NCBI GenBank assembly: GCA_963710755.1
Contig: CAVQBK010000004.1
Coordinates: 160,001-224,000, forward strand
Length of the DNA: 64,000 nt
Direction of reading: 5' to 3'
From: an uncultured bacterium
Lineage (GTDB): Bacteria > Oederibacteriota > JAAXVQ01 > JAUVAV01
In this document: one piece after another, positions 58,943 to 64,000 of the stretch
Numbering within the stretch: position 1 is the first letter of the stretch
How the letters are laid out: each line of letters opens with the position of its first letter
Notes under the pieces: generated by a model
What the model saw: the letters and a program-made list of their open reading frames with translations, nothing else
Told to the model about the DNA's origin: nothing
Database searches by the model: none
Made by a program: the position numbers and the translations under genes

Positions 58943-59122
58943 CGCGCCCTAATTTTTAATATGCTGGTTTAGGTGTTTTCCAGGTCGGAACAAAGGCGGC
59001 GCTGGACAGTTGGGCTGCGGCCTGAGCAGGACCAGTGGTTACCTGACACCGGAACATTAAGCTTGACCACAGAAGAACCTACGGCGTTTAGTAGCGCACG
59101 GATGAGATGGAGGAATCGCGTA

Positions 59123-59566
59123 ATGATGAAACGGCCTTATGAAACCATGTTTTTATTACCCCCGACGATTAATGAAACCCAATTGGATGAGTTTGTTGAA
59201 AAATCCAAAGAGGCCATTCAACGCAAAGAGGGTGAAGTTAAAGAAGTGCAGCGGATGGGCGTGCGTAAAACCGCCTACCAAGTCAATAATTCCAGTACTG
59301 CTTATTATGTAATCATCAGATACCATGGTACCGGCGAAACAGTGATGGAACTGGAGCGGTATTTTAAAAATGCCGATGATGTTTGGAAATTTTTAACCAC
59401 CAAAATCAGCGACCGGCCTACTTATGCACCAAAATCAAAATCCAAACTGCGGCGGGAAGAAAACAAAAAATCCAAAATGGCCGCAGCTGCGGCGGCTCAT
59501 GCAGCTGCAGAAAAAACGGCGTCGCCAGCCCCCAGCGTCACCCCTTCCGCCCCAACCAAGGAGTAA
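59123..59566 (+). CDS. rpsF: 30S ribosomal protein S6 with Lys/Ala-rich C-terminal extension
   Basis: RPYETMFLL.P...GVRKTAYQV....AYY...ELERYFK...V.KFL; GGAGG RBS; rpsF-ssb-rpsR context. Confidence 0.92.
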   Translation: MMKRPYETMFLLPPTINETQLDEFVEKSKEAIQRKEGEVKEVQRMGVRKTAYQVNNSSTAYYVIIRYHGTGETVMELERYFKNADDVWKFLTTKISDRPTYAPKSKSKLRREENKKSKMAAAAAAHAAAEKTASPAPSVTPSAPTKE

Positions 59567-59569
59567 GCT

Positions 59570-59989
59570 ATGGCCAATTATAACCGCGCCCTGCTTATGG
59601 GAAATTTGACCCGTGATCCCGAACTGCGTTATATTCCCAGCGGTGCGGCGGTGGTCACCCTACGTATGGCCATTAACCGCAATTATAAAAGCCAGTCCGG
59701 TGAACAGAAGGAAGAAGTGACCTATGTCAATGTGGTGGTCTGGGGCAAGCAAGCTGAAAATTGCGCTGAATATTTATCCAAAGGCAGTTCGGTTTTTGTA
59801 GAAGGCCGTTTGCAAAGCCGGCAATGGGAGACTGAAGACGGTCAAAAACGTTCGATTTTAGAAGTGGTGGCCGACCGGGTGCAGTTTTTAGGACGAAAAC
59901 GCAGCGGTACCGGCGGAGGCGAAGAACCGTCACGCACCGAGGACAGCAGCATGCCTGCTATGGGCACGGATGATGACATCCCCTTTTAA
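59570..59989 (+). CDS. ssb: Single-stranded DNA-binding protein
   Basis: NRALLMGNLTRDPELRY...VVVWGKQAE...KGSSVFVEGRLQSR.W...DDDIPF. Confidence 0.97.
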   Translation: MANYNRALLMGNLTRDPELRYIPSGAAVVTLRMAINRNYKSQSGEQKEEVTYVNVVVWGKQAENCAEYLSKGSSVFVEGRLQSRQWETEDGQKRSILEVVADRVQFLGRKRSGTGGGEEPSRTEDSSMPAMGTDDDIPF

Positions 59990-60081
59990 GGGGATGGTAC
60001 TTTTTGTAAACCAAAGCCTGGTTATTGCCGCTGCTTGCGCAGTGGCCAGTATTTTTTAGGGTGATCATTAGGAGGATCAAA

Positions 60082-60342
60082 TTGTCAAAACCACAGCCAT
60101 TGAAAACCAAACCGAGAGAGCAAAGAAGACGTCGCCCCCATCGCAAGAGCTGCCGCTTCTGCGCCGATAAAATCCTGACCATCAACTACAAGGACCTTGA
60201 TCGCATCAAGAATTATTTGAGCGACCGGGGAAAAATCGTGCCACGCCGCATCAGCGGCAATTGTGCCAAGCACCAGCGGGCATTGACGGTTGCCATCAAA
60301 CGGGCACGTGCTTTGGCCTTGATGCCCTATATTGCCGAATAA
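60082..60342 (+). CDS. rpsR: 30S ribosomal protein S18 (zinc-binding C+ form)
   Basis: RKSCRFC...INYKD...[33 protein letters not shown]; TTG 60082 after AGGAGG. Confidence 0.95.
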   Translation: MSKPQPLKTKPREQRRRRPHRKSCRFCADKILTINYKDLDRIKNYLSDRGKIVPRRISGNCAKHQRALTVAIKRARALALMPYIAE

Positions 60343-60376
60343 GCGCACACATGCGTAACGGCTGGGCAAACCGGTA

Positions 60377-61120
60377 ATGAGCCAGGCAGCAGGGACTCTT
60401 ATATTACTGGTGGTTTTGGCCTTATTGGCCAACCGCATGATTGGACTGGGACTAAGGAAAAATTGGCCGCCAGCACGTTTGTTGGCGACCACCACCCTGG
60501 CGATTCTGGCCCTGGTCATGCTCAGCAGCTTCATCGCAGACCAACGCGCCCATCGTCCCTGGATGCAACAGTGGAATCAGGCTTTTGACCGTAACCTCAA
60601 GGCTACCTATGCGGTATACGAAGAATTAGGCTGGAAAAGATCCGAATTGGAACAAGCCGGGCAGTTGGTCCGGATTTTTTTTAAAGATGCTGTCTGGGCC
60701 TGGACGGGCACGCTGATCGGTTTATTGGTGCTTCTAAGTTATTATTTACAACGGCGGTTACGGCCAATCCTGGCCATGGCCAGCCGACCTTTGGCGACGA
60801 TCGAACAGTGGAAATTGCCCTTGGGTTGGATATGGTTGACAATACTGGCTTGTTTATTTATTGTGATAGGAACACGTTGGCCGAATTGGAACAGCCTGTT
60901 TTTAATCGGGATCAACCTGGCTGTGGGATTGATGCAACTTTATGGCTTGGTGGGTTTGGGCATCGTGTTTCATTTTATTAATCGTAAACAATGGCCGCAA
61001 ATCACCAAGCTTATGGTGATCTTGCTGATTGGGCTTTTACCCATGATCATGGGTGCTGTAATCTTTCTGGGCCTCTCCGATACCTGGTGGGATTGGCGTC
61101 GGCCTGCGAAAAGCGCTTGA
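60377..61120 (+). CDS. DUF2232/YybS-like membrane protein
   Basis: Multi-TM protein with W.LP...W, N......Y...GL.I..HF and C-terminal LG..D.W.D.R; conserved position between rpsR and rplI. Confidence 0.75.
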   Translation: MSQAAGTLILLVVLALLANRMIGLGLRKNWPPARLLATTTLAILALVMLSSFIADQRAHRPWMQQWNQAFDRNLKATYAVYEELGWKRSELEQAGQLVRIFFKDAVWAWTGTLIGLLVLLSYYLQRRLRPILAMASRPLATIEQWKLPLGWIWLTILACLFIVIGTRWPNWNSLFLIGINLAVGLMQLYGLVGLGIVFHFINRKQWPQITKLMVILLIGLLPMIMGAVIFLGLSDTWWDWRRPAKSA

Positions 61121-61278
61121 GGGGTCGCGGAGGACGATCATTCAGCCATTTGAAATACCAATCTTAATCCATGGCCGCCAAGGTTCGTGGTGCGGCAAGG
61201 AAATGCTTTTTCTAGGCGATAAATTTTTCTGTCCCCAAGAAAGAAAAGTTGATCAGAAGATCAGGAGGATATACTTCG

Positions 61279-61869
61279 ATGGAAGTTATTTTAAAAGAAG
61301 ACGTACAAAAACTCGGACGCGCCGGCGATCAAGTTAAAGTGGCTGATGGTTATGGCCGCAATTTCTTACTACCCAAAAAAATGGCTGTTTTAGCTACGCC
61401 GGAGAACAAAAAACGATTGGAACAGGAATTAAACAGCAAGAAAGGCCAAGCCAAACGTATGATGATGGATGCGCGCTATTTGGCTCAAAGCATCGAGGTC
61501 CAACCGATCATAATCAAGATGGCTGCAGGGGAAGGCGGTAAATTATTTGGCGCCGTCACGTCCACGGATATTGAAAAAGCTTTGGCGCAGCGTGACATTA
61601 CTGTTGACAAACGCAAGATCGAATTGGAAGAACCGTTGAAACAATTGGGGCAATTCGAAGTGGCCATTAAAATTCATCCCGACGTCACGGCCAAACTGAC
61701 CGTGCTGGTGGAGGATGAACATAAAAAGAGCGAGCCCGCCCCGGTTGCCAAGGAAGAACCTGTGGCCGCTGAACCTGCAACAACTAAGCAAGTTCAGACC
61801 CAGGAAGAACCAGCAACGATCGGTGCGGACCTTGCCGATGATCAATCTCAGGACCAGCCATCGGCATAA
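61279..61869 (+). CDS. rplI: 50S ribosomal protein L9 with acidic C-terminal extension
   Basis: MEVILKEDVQKLGRAGDQVKVADGYGRNFLLPK...GKLFGAVT..DI; AGGAGG RBS. Confidence 0.96.
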   Translation: MEVILKEDVQKLGRAGDQVKVADGYGRNFLLPKKMAVLATPENKKRLEQELNSKKGQAKRMMMDARYLAQSIEVQPIIIKMAAGEGGKLFGAVTSTDIEKALAQRDITVDKRKIELEEPLKQLGQFEVAIKIHPDVTAKLTVLVEDEHKKSEPAPVAKEEPVAAEPATTKQVQTQEEPATIGADLADDQSQDQPSA

Positions 61870-61946
61870 AGTGAATGCTCATCCTTTTTGCAAATGGCCA
61901 GACTGAGGGTGGTTAACGGATTTTGACTTATCAAACAGAGGCTGCC

Positions 61947-63305
61947 ATGGATCGTTCCACATTGACATCACCTGAAAAGATCCCGCCCCAAAATATCGAG
62001 GCTGAGCGGTCCACCTTGGGGGCCATGCTGCTTGATCAGGAAGCCATTGCCCGCGTTCTGGAAATACTCAGAGAAGATGCTTTTTATCAGGAAGCCCACC
62101 GTCTCATCTTCAAAGCTGTTTTAGCGCTCTATGACCGCAATGAACCGATCGACTTTATTACCCTAACCGACTGGCTATCCCGGACAGGAGAGTTGGAAAA
62201 GATCGGGGGCGCGGCTTATATCACCTCTTTAACAGACAGTGTGCCCACCACCGCCCATGCCGAGTATTATGCCCGCATTGTCAAAGAAAAATACCTGCTG
62301 CGCAGTCTTATTCGCAGTTCCACCCATGTCATTCAACGCTGTTATGCCGAAGGCGAACAAGCCGATCAACTCCTGGATCAGGCGGAGAAAGCCATCTTCG
62401 AACTTTCCCAAGACCGCCAGCGGGGCAGTATTCTGCATGTGCGCGACATTATTCACGACGCTATGGAAATGGTGGAAAATCTCTCCAAACATGAAGGCCA
62501 TATCACCGGGGTTTCCACCGGGTTTCCGGAACTGGACAGCATGACCTCCGGATTGCAACCGGGAGAATTGGTGATTTTAGCCGCCCGGCCGTCCATGGGA
62601 AAAACCGCCTTTGCCCTGAATATTGCCGGTAATGCCGCGCTGGAAACCAAAGTGCCGGTGGCGATTTTCTCCTTGGAAATGAGTTCCGAAGCGCTGGTAA
62701 CACGTATGCTTTGTTCCGAAGCCAGGGTGAATTTGGCGCACGTGCGTCGCGGGTATTTGAATGAAGGGGATCTGGGGCACCTATCCATGGCCGCCGGCCG
62801 CCTCTTTGATGCCGGCATTTTCATCGATGATTCGGCGGCCATGAATGTGCTGGAGATTCGTTCCAAAGCCCGGCGTCTGAAGGCGGAGCAAAACATCGGC
62901 CTTATTGTAATAGACTATATTCAAATGATGAGCGCCGTAGGCCGCAATGACAACCGCCAGCAGGAAATTGCGGCGATTTCCCGTTCTCTTAAAGGTTTGG
63001 CCAAGGAATTGCGCCTGCCCGTGCTGGTGCTTTCCCAGCTCTCCCGTGCGGCTGAAACCAGAAGCGACCGCCGGCCCATGCTCTCCGATTTGCGCGAATC
63101 GGGTGCCATTGAACAAGACGCCGATTTGGTGATGTTCATCTATCGTGAAGCCTATTATGAAAAAGAAAAAAAAGACGACCGCACCTCGGAAATCATCATT
63201 GCCAAACAGCGTAATGGCCCCACGGGAACAGTCCAATTGATTTTCAATCACGAATATACGCGCTTTGACAGTGCCGCGTTGCGGCTGCCTGGAGGCGCGG
63301 CATGA
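61947..63305 (+). CDS. dnaB: Replicative DNA helicase (no intein)
   Basis: PPQNIEAE...AARPSMGKT...FSLEM...IDYIQMM...SQLSR...SDLRESGAIEQDAD...KQRNGPTG. Confidence 0.97.
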   Translation: MDRSTLTSPEKIPPQNIEAERSTLGAMLLDQEAIARVLEILREDAFYQEAHRLIFKAVLALYDRNEPIDFITLTDWLSRTGELEKIGGAAYITSLTDSVPTTAHAEYYARIVKEKYLLRSLIRSSTHVIQRCYAEGEQADQLLDQAEKAIFELSQDRQRGSILHVRDIIHDAMEMVENLSKHEGHITGVSTGFPELDSMTSGLQPGELVILAARPSMGKTAFALNIAGNAALETKVPVAIFSLEMSSEALVTRMLCSEARVNLAHVRRGYLNEGDLGHLSMAAGRLFDAGIFIDDSAAMNVLEIRSKARRLKAEQNIGLIVIDYIQMMSAVGRNDNRQQEIAAISRSLKGLAKELRLPVLVLSQLSRAAETRSDRRPMLSDLRESGAIEQDADLVMFIYREAYYEKEKKDDRTSEIIIAKQRNGPTGTVQLIFNHEYTRFDSAALRLPGGAA

Positions 63306-64000
63306 AAAAGCTAGTCTATGGCCGGCCGACTTGGGTAACAGTGGATCTGGACGCCCTCACCTGGAATATGCAGGAAGTACGGCGCCTGATCGGGCCCGAT
63401 AAGAAATGTTGTGCCGTGGTCAAAGCTGATGCCTATGGTCACGGCCTGGTGGCTTGCGCCAAACAATTTTTAAAAGCAGGTGCGGACATGTTGGGTGTGG
63501 CTACGGTGGAAGAAGGGGCCCAGTTGCGCAGTGCCGGCCTTACGGCGCCAGTGCTTTTATTCGGGATCAATCAGCCCCATGAAGCCGAGGCTGCGGTGGA
63601 GCTTCACTTGGAAGCCACGGTTATCTCTTTTACTCAAGCGCGCTTGTTAAACCAAGCTGCGGAAAAGTGTCATAAAAAGGCCAACCTCCATCTTAAAGTG
63701 GACACGGGCATGGGACGGCTTGGACTTAACCCACCGGAAGTATTGGTCCTGTTGGACCAGATGAAAGCCTTGAAACAGGTTTGCGTCAAAGGGGTCTACA
63801 CTCATTTTGCCCATGCCGATGGGTGTGATAAAAAACTTCTGGACACCCAGGTCTCGCTGCTCAAGGAAACAGTGCAGTCCATGAAAAACATGGGCCATAA
63901 CGATCTGATCGTCCATGCTGCCAATTCAGCGGCGGTCATTGAATCCCGGCATGCCTATTTTGATATGGTGCGCCCAGGGCTGATGCTCTACGGGTTGTAT
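63302..64000 (+). CDS. alr: Alanine racemase (partial, runs off the window end)
   Basis: Not in the ORF track. ATG 63302 (ATGA overlap with dnaB) gives MKKLVYGRPTWVTVDLDAL..N...AVVKADAYGHG...HLKVDTGMGRLG...YTHFA.AD...HAANSAA...DMVRPGLMLYG. Confidence 0.95.
   Translation, partial: MKKLVYGRPTWVTVDLDALTWNMQEVRRLIGPDKKCCAVVKADAYGHGLVACAKQFLKAGADMLGVATVEEGAQLRSAGLTAPVLLFGINQPHEAEAAVELHLEATVISFTQARLLNQAAEKCHKKANLHLKVDTGMGRLGLNPPEVLVLLDQMKALKQVCVKGVYTHFAHADGCDKKLLDTQVSLLKETVQSMKNMGHNDLIVHAANSAAVIESRHAYFDMVRPGLMLYGLY

Noticed and set aside
58978-59002. SRP RNA (CAGGTCGGAACAAAGGCGGC resembles the helix-8 motif)
   Set aside because: The bases flanking GGAA do not pair and the AGCAG motif is absent.
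61947-63305. Intein in DnaB
   Set aside because: Length and motif spacing are normal, with no insertion.

Overview
Bacterial chromosomal window with no tRNA, rRNA, CRISPR array or transposase recognised. (1) 1-15.3 kb: two divergent operons, each with a secreted protein carrying a FlgD-Ig/T9SS-like C-terminal domain, translationally coupled (TAATG) to a PorV-like beta-barrel gene. The rightward operon is merR-like - comFB - a ~3140-aa protein with a ~1440-aa Thr/Pro stalk - a PorV/FlgD/OmpA fusion. (2) 15.4-19.6 kb: carbohydrate ABC importer whose first permease has a ~300-aa acidic/Pro-rich extension, followed by a 13.3 x 42-bp tandem array and an unlisted 54-aa membrane ORF. (3) yqeK, an ADP-ribosylglycohydrolase, the bioB-A-F-G-C-D biotin cluster with a BirA-type operator, a K+-dependent (probably Na+-pumping) membrane pyrophosphatase, and a GDPD-family gene. 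(4) 32.3-47 kb: pfaD-pfaA-pfaBC iterative PUFA-synthase/PKS cluster. (5) Receiver protein, ABC-2 exporter plus B12 radical SAM, LCP protein, argS, a hypothetical protein, thiS-G-H-E, rpsF-ssb-rpsR-DUF2232-rplI-dnaB and alr (partial). Several intergenic regions (28.4-28.7 kb, 32.1-32.25 kb, 33.97-34.13 kb) fold by eye into large nested structures; in the first and third, G-U pairing favours a + strand RNA. The best candidate for an undescribed system is the paired CTD-substrate/PorV-like barrel module, possibly under MerR/ComFB (cyclic dinucleotide) control. All calls come from motif recognition by eye; no searches or folding programs were run.
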